The notes under the pieces are model-generated. The model searched no databases and was not told the DNA's origin. It worked only from the letters and a program-made list of their open reading frames with translations. From the NCBI GenBank assembly GCA_973895155.1, contig OZ316898.1, positions 18,487,292 to 18,551,291 on the forward strand: a stretch of 64,000 bases of DNA, given 5' to 3'. Positions 36,709 through 48,793 of the stretch are shown piece by piece. How positions within the stretch are numbered: position 1 is the first letter of the stretch; each line of letters opens with the position of its first letter. Origin of the DNA: Marsupella aquatica (lineage: Eukaryota; Plantae; Marchantiophyta). The translations under genes were made by a program, and so were the position numbers.

Positions 36709-38216
36709 ATGATCCCAGTAAGGGGAGACGTTCGTTTAGTGGATGGGAATGAGACATTGGTGTTCTCGGGCTCCCAGAAGGCAATCAGTTGGCTCAACAA
36801 AATCTTCTCGTCAATGCACGAGAGCTCGTTGCCTACACGGCTCCAGAAGCACTCGAGGAGGTCTTCGTCCGCTCCATCTCGGACTCTCACATCCAGCCCG
36901 AGAGAGTTCACAAGGTCCGACCCACCCCCTGATTCAGCAGTACTAGTAGATGATTCACCACTGACCACTAAAGTGAGGAGGCCTAAAAGCAGAGACAAAT
37001 CTCCACGTGTCCATGGTGTCGGGATGAAAAGGGCCAAAGCTTGGGGAAGCCCACCAGCATCGCCATCGATCAGAGACTATCCAACGAGCCTGTCCAGACA
37101 GAAGAAGAGTTTCCTCCGTGGGAAAAGACCTTCAACTTCTTCCCCTCGGGATTCAACCATCTCTAGCCGTGCAAAATCTGCGAGCGAGTGCGGCCCAAAT
37201 CATCAGGCATCCTCTCCCCTTCCTCTCCCCAGAAGAAAAGAATGGTATCCTCTCTCATTAAACCAGCGCCCACGACACCCACTGCTGCCCCTAATGTAAC
37301 AAATGGAATGGATATGCCCCCTGCAACCCCGCAGAGGTTTTCCATCACTCCACATCGTGTGAGATCTCAAGAAAGACCTTCCACCGCGGCTGCAAACAAA
37401 ACCAGGGAGTCTCCATCAACCGCTGGTGCAAGAGAGGCATCAAAGGTCTCAACCAGAGGGAGGACGCCCAGGCCACCCTCGTCCTCACCGGATGATGACG
37501 ACTCCGAATCTACAACTCCAACTCCAAGACAATTACGTCATGACCGCCCTATCAACGAAAGAGTGAAGTCACTGTCAATCTCGCCTTTCAGCCCGCTAGC
37601 GAGAATGACCATCTCGTCAGCGAATCGGAGGAGGACACCAGCATCAACAGCTATGATGAGAAGATTTGGCAATCCCCCGAAACTCACATCTATTCCTGAA
37701 TTGTTGCTGCAACGGCCGGGGTCGCCCATCCGGCCCTCCTCACCACAAAACACGGAGCACAAGAGACCTTGGAATCACAAAGAATCTCCGACATCTTCCA
37801 CCCCTCGAGAGCCTGACAAGAGTAATGTGACTTCGCCCATAACCCCGAGAGATGCATCATCTACAACAGCTGTTGTATCACCCAGACCGCCAAAGATTCC
37901 TCTGGCAAGTGCTGCCGCACGGCCAATGACCCCCATAGCTTCGGATTTTTTACGAGTGCCACCGGACGAAGAATCGTGGAGGCCCTTGAGTAATCCCAAC
38001 AAAACGTTGTTCAAGAACCCTTTGTTCAACAAAGCCCTTGAAAGAAAGCCATCTACTGCCCTAAGAAGTTTGGCACATCCCGGAGAGATGATCATGGAAT
38101 CCACTCTAAAGCAATTTTCATCTGCCACGAGAAAGTTTATTTCCAGAGCACTGACTCGTATCAGCAAGGTCGATAGTCACCAGAAAGGCCACCTTGCCAC
38201 CGTCATTTGCCAATGA
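36709..38216 (+). pseudogene. Ser/Pro/Arg-rich, probably disordered protein split by a 1-nt frameshift near 37195
   Basis: Overlapping ORFs 36709-37299 and 37188-38216 have the same composition and join as ...ASECGP/KSSGILSP.... Upstream frames at 36287-36700 look coding but contain stops. No recognisable domain. Confidence 0.45.
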
Positions 38217-39288
38217 TGAGGCCAGCCAGGGATATATCATTTATCCCATTGCATTTGCATGGCACTGGACTGGCTGGAGGTTTGATTGAAGAGAGACGAT
38301 GAGGAGATGCCCAATCCCGGCCATCAAAGAATTATTGAGCTCCTATTAATCTAGAGGCAAGGTGCAAACCTTCAACCTCGAACATTCGCCTCCACTCAAT
38401 TCATAGTTGACTCTAAGCCTGATCCTGAGCATTAGGATCAATTCAGCTCAGATTCGTTCTGAGTACTTCCCATCAAGAGTAAATGATTCGATAGATCCAC
38501 GCTATGAAGATTTCTTGAGCTCTGATCTCTCATCAGCAGAGGCAAACTAGGCATGCAAAGCAAGCTCGTTATTCGAGTCTCGTTTCGACTCATTAATGAA
38601 ATTTTATCACAGTCCGGAGAGACTGGGAGCCGACTCGAGAGTTGTTTTCCAATGAGGCGGAATGATTAATGAGAGTGAGACTAAATTGCAAAGGTCATTT
38701 ACGCTGCATCCATCTTCCCAAAGAATTTCCCATTCAGTCAAAAGTCTCGTGAGGTCGTTTTAAATTGACCTTTTAGTACGGTGCACATTACTATACTAAT
38801 TTGAAATGAACAAAAATCTTCTTTACGATAAATCTCACCCATTGGCCACCGCACTCTTCAAGAGTAGTTCGTTCGAGAGTCAATTCCTCAAATCATCCTG
38901 CATAAAGGAAAAAACATGACATTCAGAAGTGGAATGATATGACTTCTCGATGACTTCTGAGGCAAATCCTCTCTTTGGCGACGCAGGCTAGAATACGGCT
39001 GTAGTTTGCAGATCGATCATCCACAAATTCAAAACCATCTTCACCTGAACGAGCTCTTAAATTTAATTCTAAAATTCAACACCTATAGCCCGGAGAGATA
39101 TCCACAAGTTCCTGGCTAGTTCCAACGCTCCTGAACCCATGACTTCAATTTAAGCTCGAGCCACAGAAAACAAAGAAACCAATAATTGGAATTGTAAGAA
39201 CTCGGTAGATTCGTCTACTTCTGGCTGCACAAAGTACCTATGAGAAACCCAGGCATCGATCGTCTCCAAGAGGGGGCAAGGCTCCAAT

Positions 39289-39435
39289 AGGGAGTCTCAA
39301 ACTTTGCGTTTCTGCCTCCCTTCATGGTCGTCGATGGATTCTCGGAAGAAAAGTGGCGGACACGAAAATCCATGTCCGCACACTCCTGACCCCTGACATT
39401 ATTTTTCCCCGGAACTCCAAGGTTTGAGATGCCCT
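39289..39435. mobile_element. 147-bp MITE of the AGGGCGTCTCAA (Pangu-like PHIS) family
   Basis: AAT(39286-39288)+agggagtctcaaac ... gtttgagatgccct+AAT(39436-39438). Confidence 0.85.
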
Positions 39436-40289
39436 AATAGAATCAGGAGTTTAGCAACACTTAGGGACCTAACAAATCAAGGATCTTCAGGTCAGCAGTC
39501 ATTGGTACCTTTAAGCTGGGTTGGCAAGACCTTGGGGCAGTTTGAGTGTTGTTTTATCAAAGCTAATGTATTGGCCACTCACCATCCTAAGAGCATCTCC
39601 AACAGTGTACTCTACTTCCTTACTGTAGACATTAAATAAGGTGTACTCCATTTCCTTACTGTAGACATGAAACCTAAGGAGTTGCCTTCTTTTTAGTATA
39701 CTTTATATACCAAGGATGATATGCCAAATTGCAAACCCAATGGTTATTCAGTTTTTACTAACTCGATCCTGACATAGGCAGAGTCGGATAGTAGTCATTA
39801 GATCTTGGATAACCCATGAAATGAATCCTACAGTCATATTCAATCAAATGATACTATTCATTTGATCTTGGGGAACCCAGGAATGACTCTTGCATTCAGT
39901 CGATGCTCTATACAGTTGCTCAAATAGAGTTCCGGAAACCCAGAAAACCCAGTAAGCTCACACGTGAAAAGCGTTCCAATAACCCATTGGGATTGCCTTT
40001 TTGCTCACCCTTACTGGGATTGATCGACATAGCTATACAGTGGACCCAATAACCCTTGGAGATCCTCCAAAGACAGTGTGGGGCTGAAAGAGAGTTTGGA
40101 ATCATTTTATGACCCCAATGCCCGCCCCAATGTTGTGTATAGCAAACTGCAACAAATAGTGCTTGAATACTTTGCTAGGAGAAGTTGTGGACCCACTCAA
40201 CCTCAAAGAGAGGATGTGACGAGGGGCATGTGTGTTCACTTTAATTGTAAAAGACTCAAAATAGGAATGAATCAAGTGGCCAGATGAAC

Positions 40290-40600
40290 AGACCTCCAAG
40301 AGAGGTGGTCTAAAACCTGGGACAAAAGTGCTCCACAATAGCAAAATTTGGGCTGCACTCCATTCCATGCTTGATGAGACATCTAAAAGAGGTGGTCTAA
40401 AATCTGGAACAAAAATGTGCTCCACAGAAATGTTTTTTGGCCCCACTCCATTCCATGTAGGATCCACAACACTTTAGAAGGAAACTGCCCCCAACATTTT
40501 GTAAAGTGAACAACAGCTGTTTCTCCCTAAAGATGACTCTGATCAATCTTGGACACCAGAAAAATGTTGAAAGTGTCCGCAACTTCTTGTAAAGCCACCC
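40290..40600 (+). repeat. Dispersed repeat with an internal duplication; related to 690-880
   Basis: agaggtggtctaaaa.ctgg.acaaaa.(t)gtgctccaca occurs twice (~40300 and ~40388), then the sequence runs collinear with 690-880. Confidence 0.75.
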
Positions 40601-41459
40601 TTATGGGGGTTCATTTGGCTCATTTTACTTATTAAGTAAGGATTAATTTGAGTCTAGTGACAAAAGCTGAGACCCTAAAAAGTTGTAGGACATTCCCAAG
40701 GAACTGCATAGAGAATAAATTTTGAATATACTATTTTAGTGCTCTAAATATGATTGATCAGTGTTTGTGATATACATGTGTATTTGATAATTTTTGACAC
40801 TAAATGTACTAGTAACAATTATGAGAAAAATGAGTTAAGCTCTTGAATTGTTCAAAGTGGATCTTGAGTTTTTTTCGTGTTACCTTGTTCTGAGCCTACT
40901 CAAGTTACTTTGTCTTTTTCATTTGTGATGTGTAATTTTGTTTCCATTTGCCTTAGACAGTAATTTTTTTTTATTGAACTTTGAAATTATTTTCACCCCC
41001 TCTTAATATTTTAGCTTTCTTTTCTAGACCTCCCCTTTACTTTAGGTCTATGTGTATTTATTGATCTGCCCATCCTTTGTTAGAATTTGTTATTTTTAAG
41101 CCTTTTATCATTCAAGCTCTACAAAATTGATATTTCATCCATGACTAATATGTTAAGCATTTACTCTTAGGTGTAGAATTACCATGTGATCGCAGTTACT
41201 CAAACTGTAGTTAGGGGGTGCTTGATTAAGGTTAGTTGTGCAATTACTACTTACATTAGCAAGACTTAGCGAGTTAAATTTATACAGTTCATTGTTACGG
41301 AGCCAGTTGGGAGATAGGAAGAGCTTAAGTAATCTATTAATGGAGACTTTGTATGGCAGATTGACTTAGTGTTCAGTAAAACTCTCTTGTGTGCATGTTC
41401 CCATGAAAGTTGACTCTGGTGAGGTGTTCAACTGCGTATCTTTTGTGTCAACTTTTTGT

Positions 41460-42073
41460 CTTGGGGGTCTCACTATATATATGGATGCCTCCCCATCACC
41501 TATGACAATTTTAGGGCCCGGATCCCCTAAATTGTAAGAAGAAATATTTTTCAACCCCTATAAAGTTGGAATATTCTTGGAATACTCCAAAAATTGGTTA
41601 GAAAGACCCTCGGGGGCCTCAATCCAAGGGGTGTCCCATATCACGCTCAAAGTTTTGGGGGAATAAACACCCTAAAAGTTAAGTCAATAAAGTTTTTTTT
41701 AGGAATTTTTTACCCCTAACTTAATGGAATATATATTCTTGGAATATTCATATATTTGATAATAAAAAACATTATGATTCTTATAATTCTCAAAATTGGA
41801 TTAAAATAACCCTAATGTTCTTCAAATTTTTTTTATAATTATTTAACTAAACCCAATAAAAAAACCCTATATTTATTTGCGTGTGATGGGTCGGAAGAAA
41901 AGAAGTGAGGACCCTGGGGAAAGACCCTAATGTTCTTGTAAGTCTCAAAATTGTATATAAAAGACCCTATTGTTTTTCTGAGAAAATTCTTAAGTCTTTC
42001 TTTCGAACCGATAAAATGACCCTATCCTTCATCGCACGTGATGCGTCATTTTTGTGTAAATCAAACCCCCAAG
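41460..42073. mobile_element. MITE with 8-bp TSD (CTTGGGGG termini), itself split by a related MITE
   Basis: TSD ctttttgt at 41452-41459 and 42074-42081. Termini cttgggggtctca / aaacccccaag. The body matches 43073-43354 once 41609-41926 is removed. Confidence 0.9.
41609..41918. mobile_element. 310-bp MITE nested in 41460-42073; inverted copy of 9059-9364
   Basis: TSD gaaagacc at 41601-41608 and 41919-41926. Termini ctcgggggcctca / tgaggaccctggg. Confidence 0.92.
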
Positions 42074-42552
42074 CTTTTTGTGTATTTGGTGGATGTTGCA
42101 TTTGTGCATGCTGTCTTCTTGGCTGTCTTATGAGGAACGGTCATTTTACTCAACCTAATACCTAAACCCATGGCTATCTCTTGCCAAAGAGTGTGAGACC
42201 TAACTTGGGCCTTCACTGGACCAAGTAAAAAAATCAATGAACCCCTTGCAATCGTGAGTGTATCCCTTTTATCCCTTGTTATTTCCAGTTTTCTATAGAA
42301 AGTTGCCTTGTTACCTGTAATAATTTATTAGTTTAAAATGAATAAGAAGTAGTGACTCTTCAAGCATTCATACTTACTCCGCAAATTAATTAAGACTGAA
42401 GGCCCAGGGGTAAAAGACAAATTACTTTGCAATAATGCCAACTAAGGGAATCCAAATACCTCAAAATAATTCCAACCCCATGTCCCTTTTAATCACTTTG
42501 TAGATCCTTGCTTTATTGCTTTGTGGTCCACTGTTATCTTTTTCAGCAAACA

Positions 42553-42773
42553 ATTTTTAAGTACATTGCCACTAAACATGTTTCCTTTTACAATATAACT
42601 GCCACTGTTTTTTTCACATTTACAAAAATGCCATGATTTTGTATATACTTCCCCTGGTTACCTTGGTGAACTTAATTGTCATCCATACGAAATCATGACA
42701 TTTTCATAAATACAAAAAGAACAGTGGCAATATTGTCAATTAGAACATCTTTAGTGACCAAAGTACTTAAACC
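42553..42773. mobile_element. Foldback/Mutator-type MITE (almost entirely inverted repeat)
   Basis: tttaagtacattgccactaaacatgtt...tgccactgtt...aaaatgccatgatttt mirrors aaatcatgacatttt...aacagtggca...aacatctttagtgaccaaagtacttaaa. The TSD is not cleanly resolved. Confidence 0.6.
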
Positions 42774-43072
42774 CTTTTTTAGCAAATAATGAGTGATCAA
42801 ACCACTAGGTTGAATCATTGTTGTTTGCTACGAGAACGAATTAATCATTCCTTAGAGATTATTTACTATAATTCAAGATTAAGTAAATAAAATGGTTACA
42901 AAAGGTTACTCTTTGCCCCCACTCTTTGTTATTTGACATTTTAATTTTCAACTTTCTTAATCATTTACCACGTACTCATGGGTGTGACTTTCTATGTTGG
43001 CGTTGCAACAAACACAAATGGTTGTATATCTTTTGTTGCCATGTAGAAACCCCTGATGTGGTGTAATAAACT

Positions 43073-43354
43073 CTTGGGGGTCTCATTATATGGATGCCTC
43101 CCCATCACCTGCAACGTTGTTAGGCCTCGGACCCCCTAAAATGTAAGATTTTATTTTTATTTTTCAACCCCTATAAAGTTGGAACAAAAAAATTGGTTAT
43201 AAGTACACTAATGTTCTTATAAGTCTCAAAATTTAATTTAAAAGACCCTACTGTTCTTCTCAGAATTTTTTTAAGTCTTTCATTTGAACCAATAAAATGA
43301 CCCTATACTTTGTCGCATGTGATATGCTATTTCGGTGGAAGTGAAACCCCCAAG
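43073..43354. mobile_element. 282-bp MITE with 8-bp TSD
   Basis: TSD aataaact at 43065-43072 and 43355-43362. TIRs cttgggggtctca / tgaaacccccaag. Confidence 0.92.
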
Positions 43355-43362
43355 AATAAACT

Positions 43363-44010
43363 TTGAGGAAATTCGATTGAATCAGACTGTCAATTTTCAA
43401 TGCCTACACGAAGCTTGCCTAGAGGAATGCCTCCCAGCGTTCCAAACAAAGGAAAAGTTCATGGAGCACTTACGGTGGCAACACAAGTTAGTATTGGCAA
43501 AGTCAGCTGGTATTTGTACACATTTTGTATGTACAGCAAGGATTATGTCTAGGGTCTACACAATTTTGAGGAGAGAGAGGAGCATTTCAAGAGTCATCTC
43601 AATGCAATGTTTCTCCAGTTGAAACATTACGAATACAGAGGAGTGCAGTCATGATGTAGAATCCGCACTGTTCAGAGCAAAGACAACAGATACATAACGA
43701 CAGGAAGAGGCGTGGTTCCAATGAAATGCAATTTTTGCATACATGATGAAAGTTTGCCCCCGGAAACTCGCATCAATACATATGTCTTGCACTCGGCCTG
43801 TGCAACTCAGTATCTGAAGCATTTCAAGAGGCACATGGCTCGTGTTCAGGGAAAAATATTTTGTCCAGCCTCGAGTGAGAGTAGCACAAATACCCCGTTT
43901 TGCATGTTAATTTGAGCAAAAAATGGATGCTGTGGAGCTGCGGGAACATTTGCAAATAGTACATGGCATTCTATCCACTGAACTACTGCAAGATTGGTTG
44001 CCGCTGAAGC
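43363..44010 (+). pseudogene. Decayed multi-C2H2 zinc-finger ORF
   Basis: Across frame shifts and stops: FQCLHEAC...FMEHLRWQH, FCMY.KDYV...REEHFKSHL, CNFCIHDESLPPETR...YLKHFKRH, IFCPAS...C...LREHLQIVHGI. Confidence 0.55.
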
Positions 44011-45100
44011 AACCTGCAGATCAATGTATCTATAGATTGTTGTTCATGCATCACAATGCGTGCACTTGTCGCAGTTTTTCACTTCCCCATAGCCAGAGAG
44101 ATAGAGAGTAATTGCTTAGTTGGTAAACATGAGACCATGAGACCATCAATGAACAAAATCTACAAAGCAATATCTAGACGTATTAATTTCTTTAAAAAAT
44201 TAAAAATAAATAAAACACATTCTTTCCTGTCACTGGTTGTGCTTGAACTCTATAGCTACAACACAGCGGTAGTTTGCCCTCCCCCCTTTTTTTACATGAC
44301 CAAATTGAAGACATTTTTGCAATAATAGCCATCAAGCCAAAAATCTTTTCGGCCGCACAAGTATTGAACTAGTACTTATAGAATGCTTTACAGAAAGTAG
44401 AGTATAGAGTTACTTTGGCAAGTAGGCCCTGCATGAGAAGTACATTGATTTCCAATGAGAGCTTTTTTGACATTATGCTATCTGATTTCTGAGGTGGAAT
44501 CTTCTTTTTTCTTGGATAAATTTGCTTATACTTTCCTCCTTTTTTTTTAATATCATAATTTTTTCCAAGCATAGAACGCAACAAGACAAGTCACTTTGCT
44601 TTCTTTCTGACAATTTATTCTCACACCATCTTAAATAAATATTTTTGTTGATTTACCTAGGTACAATAGTCCTATAGACTTTTTAAAATACCTTTTGGTG
44701 AAGGTTGCTTAAAGTTGGAGTAACCTTTTCGAAAAGATCACATGATCTTATTAAAAGATGGCAAACAAATACATAATCCAGTTTATTGTAGTGTTGCATT
44801 CTTGAATAAGAAGGCAAGAGATGGGTAGTGGGACAGGGCAGGGTTGGTGCTTGCATGCGTGAGGATGAGGAAGAAAGAGATAGTGTGGGGCAGGGCAACC
44901 GATGGCAGTCACATTAGCTAGCCCTATTTGGGCCCCAATTTGTTGGGCTTTTGGAATAAACTCTTTCATTTTCACCATTTTCTTGTGCCTTAATCTTGGT
45001 CTACACCACCTGGGCCAACCCATGTACTAAATCTTGGTTTTGTGGGGCATCATTGGGTCCACAGGGAGTCCATATCCTTAATTAGATGCCGTCATGGGAG

Positions 45101-45228
45101 TGACAAGATTGCAACACACAATGACATTTGGGACATGGTGGCCACCATATCCGGGGACTGAGTCATGACAAGATTGCAACACACAATGACATTTGGGACA
45201 TGGTGGCCACCATATCCCAGGACTGAGT
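45101..45228 (+). repeat. 65-bp tandem duplication (2 copies)
   Basis: tgacaagattgcaacacacaatgacatttgggacatggtggccaccatatcc..ggactgagt at 45101 and 45166. Confidence 0.9.
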
Positions 45229-46408
45229 GTAGGTCCGTACCATGCCACAATGGAGAGATTATTCCACTGTCCAGGAAATTGGCTGATTGAAGAAATTCTG
45301 GAGCCATCATGAATTCACATAGAAAGCCAATTTGTAAAAAGGCCACCGCTCCCTTTAGAGTCTTAATATCACTCAAGTTGCAAAGCATAATGAGTATCAT
45401 GTTATTGGTTCTAGTAAAAGGGAAACTTTAAAAACTAATGTGTAAGAGAATTAGGGTATTTGAATTTAATTTTGAAACTTATAGGAAAAGATGATGGTTT
45501 AAAACTAAGTTTTGAAATCTTCCACCTTAAAAGGGGTAAACAATTCAATCAAAAAGCTTTTCTCCTCAGGTTGTAGGGTCTACTAGACCTCATCACATAG
45601 AAGGTGATGTGCTGGGCTCCATATAGTTCCCCAAGCACATCCCCCAAGCCTGTTGCCACTGGTGGGATTGAACATTAGAGAGTAACCCATGCCTGCACCC
45701 ATCTTGGCAAGGCCAGCCGAGGTTTCTGGTGCCCCTATCCTAGGCCCACCCAATATGACAAAACAATTCAAATTAAACATTTAGTAATTTTTTTGTGTTT
45801 ATTTATTTATTTATTTGTGTATCCCAAGAAGGGTAGCCAAAATTGAGTCTATCTCAAATGCAAACCAAGCTGAGATTCACCACAGGTTTATGATACTTTT
45901 TTGTTTGTTATTGTTTGTCTACAACCTGGTTGGCAGATGCTCCCATGCGGTGAATTCAACTAGCACCTCTATTCAACAAGCAATGATCATGTGCTTCAAA
46001 ACTGAGCTGAGCGAGTGTACTCTCTAATTTTTTCAGTCACCACATGCAAGCTGAATATCGACCTCACAGGACCTGAGAATATCATTCATGGATCATTGCG
46101 GGGTTCAGTGATGCTCACTTTGCCTGCAGCGATATGAGGGCACAAGAACTCTGATTCGCAGTCAGTGGCAATCCTCTTCTGTCTGTGATATGCAAACAAT
46201 GTGCAGCTGAAGAAGTAGAGAAAGGGAAACTTTCCAAGGCAGCAGGAGACAAGTACTTCAGATGCGTAACATATGCAAAGTACCACTGTCTGGCATACGA
46301 ACTTCTTGGACCGACAAAAGAAGGACGAGCTCAATATTCTCTCATGTTTCAGAACATGACGACTATCAGTGTAACTTCAAAGAATCGCGGAAGATGTAGC
46401 GGGAGCCA

Positions 46409-48793
46409 ATGAATCATGGTCAAAAGGTGAGGATCCCAGGATCATGTTTGGCAACGCCCGATGGATCATGCTCTCTTAAGAGTGGTAGCTTGGAACGTTT
46501 TGAATCAGAGAGATCATCCGAGGAAAGTGACTTTTGGAATCCCAAAGTTGGCGATCGTTTGGCAGTTTGGAACCACGAGGGTGTGTTTAGTGAGCGTCAT
46601 AAGACCCCGACGCAGCTAGAACCTCTTCGGCGAGTTGGGGATCCCCTTGCTGACGGGTGTGTGGCAGCCCTTGGCAGCAAACCTGGAGGAGACGCCTTCT
46701 TGATCCTTGAGCAGTACCTGTCCAGACCAATATGTGAACAGGAAGCAGAGGCGCCCAGGCAATTCCAAGACAGTGTGCTAAATGTTCCAGAGTGGGTCGA
46801 TTGGAACATCCTCAAGCAGGGCCAACAGCTGTACTGGTATGTACGGTTTTTTCTTTCAAGTTCATGTGTATCTGTTTATAGTAGTCGTTGCGAACTCCTA
46901 AATGAATGAGATATATGTGCGAACTCGATCATGGATCAATCAAATATTAATATCTGCGAAAATCCATAAGGTGAGTAAATATGTGGATGGATCTAGAAAC
47001 AGCGACACAAGCACGTGATAGTCGCTTACAATGCGATGTATTATAATGGAAGTTTCCCTTGCATCAACTGAGTCTCTAGAAGGACATATCAGATAGTGAG
47101 GGATAATCGACCAGATCTATGAGAAAAGAGTTGATTGGTTGTGCATGATTGTCAAACTACAGACCCATTCCGCTGCAAGCAGTAAGTCAAACGTATATAG
47201 TCCTCGAGGAATGAGTCCATCGTGTACACTTACGTGTGAGGGCCTCGTTGCTTATAGAAGTCTCTTCTTCAATTCGAGTAGATTTTGTCTATCTTGCTAC
47301 ACGTCAACCCAGAGAAATTTTCCTTGAGTTAAATGATTGAGTCTAAGAAAGGGAAATAATGATGCATGCCCAAATATGGCCCACTTTCATCTGCACTGAA
47401 TGATCAGCAACTTCCATCACCTGCTCGAGGTACGAAATTACGTACAGAAGTCTCTCTAGCTATCTCCAAGAGAATGAGATGAAATAACAGGCTTCAGCCC
47501 AAATGAAATGACATTCGTAACAGAGGTACGTACGTACAACAAAGCCTATAGCTGTCATGACCAAAACGTTGACCAGAAAACAGCTCAAAGGTCGGTGAAC
47601 TAAATTAAACTTGATTGGGACTCGGTTACAACTCGGATTGTTAAGTCATTGACTTAACAATAAGCGGACAGGCACTGAACTTTCCGGAGATATATACAGA
47701 TCGAGAGTTCAATCAAGAAGTCTACAATATAGAGGGAGTTTCTGGAGCCAGGAGGGGATGAACATGTCTGAGAATTTGCAATCTAAAGTATTACAACTAC
47801 GTCTGCACATCGGTCTGCATAATTGCCATTGGAGAAGCACTTTGTAAGATCAGGCAGTGATTCGGAATGCTTTACGAATGTCCGCATTTTGAGAGGAGTC
47901 AGATGCTTGTTTCTTTCAGGAAGTATGCGAACCCTATTCAGTTCATTCTTTTTCATGGCTCTCTGGTTGGTGGATTTGGTGCTCCGCGAATGGCTCGAAC
48001 GCTCCATTGCACCAACTATCTATCAGGCTCGCCTGATCGCTCTTACCAGCGCCTCATGGAGACATGTCTCATGGTCTACGACTGCATGAATGGCGGAATT
48101 CAGAGTCTCCAGCCACGGACTGGAAAGGGGTGGACGTCGATCGTGCGTGTGCGCCTGCTTCACTCTCAAGTTCGTCTCCGTATTCTCAGCGTTGCAGAAT
48201 CTCATCCTGATTACTATTCTGTTGAAGAAGATGGAGTCCCTATCAACCAGGAAGATTTAGTAGCCATTCTTTGCGCCTTTTCAATTGTTGTCATCCTTGC
48301 CTTGGAGAAGATCGGCATCCACCTGTCCCCAAACGAGGTGTTTGCATACCTCCACCTATGGCGTCTGGTTGGGCATTACATGGGAATCCTTCTTGAAAAC
48401 AATCCACTCACCTCTCGCGAAGATGCTCGTGCTTCGTTCGAGTCCGTCTTCTGCCACATAAATCATCCTGACAACACATCTGCAAACTTGGCAGATTCCA
48501 TTCTTCGAGCTGTCGCCGAGAAGCCACCTCTAAGGTATTCCTTGGCATTTCACTCCGCGTGTGTCCGTGCCCTCTTGGGTGAGGATCTCAGTAATGCTCT
48601 CCAGATTGAATCTTCCGGCTTGTACAAGAGGATCATGATTAAGCTTTTGTTCGCCACCTTCCGGTTGCCTGCCATACCGTGGTGGACGCGAGTTGTCCAG
48701 GCGTGGCAAGCTTGGTTTTTTAAAAACACAGCTACCAGGATTGAATTGAACTTCAACATGAAAGTGGTACCCCAACTTGTCAGAGGAGGATGA
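46409..48793 (+). CDS. MpaB/latex-clearing-protein (Lcp)-type heme oxygenase, DUF2236 family, copy 1 (433 aa, 2 exons)
   Basis: Exons 46409-46836 and 47920-48793 (GT-AG, 1302 nt in frame). Motifs GDPLAD, PEWVDW...GQ, SLVGGF, RLMET, RVRLLHSQVR (heme-ligand His position), GVPINQEDL and AYLHLWRLVGHYMGI. Confidence 0.85.

Larger units (their letters stand above)
41160..42120 (+). mobile_element. Old LTR-like remnant interrupted by nested MITEs
   Basis: 41170-41459 plus 42082-42100 align with the LTR-like sequence at 63715-64000 (tggagactt.gtat.gc, ctctcttgtgtg, cgtatct.ttgtgtcaact). Confidence 0.5.

Noticed and set aside
39591-40067. Tourist/Harbinger MITE starting gagcatctccaa
   Set aside because: The partner end (ttggagatcctc) and the TSD (taa versus caa) are both imperfect, and an alternative end exists near 39910, so boundaries cannot be fixed.
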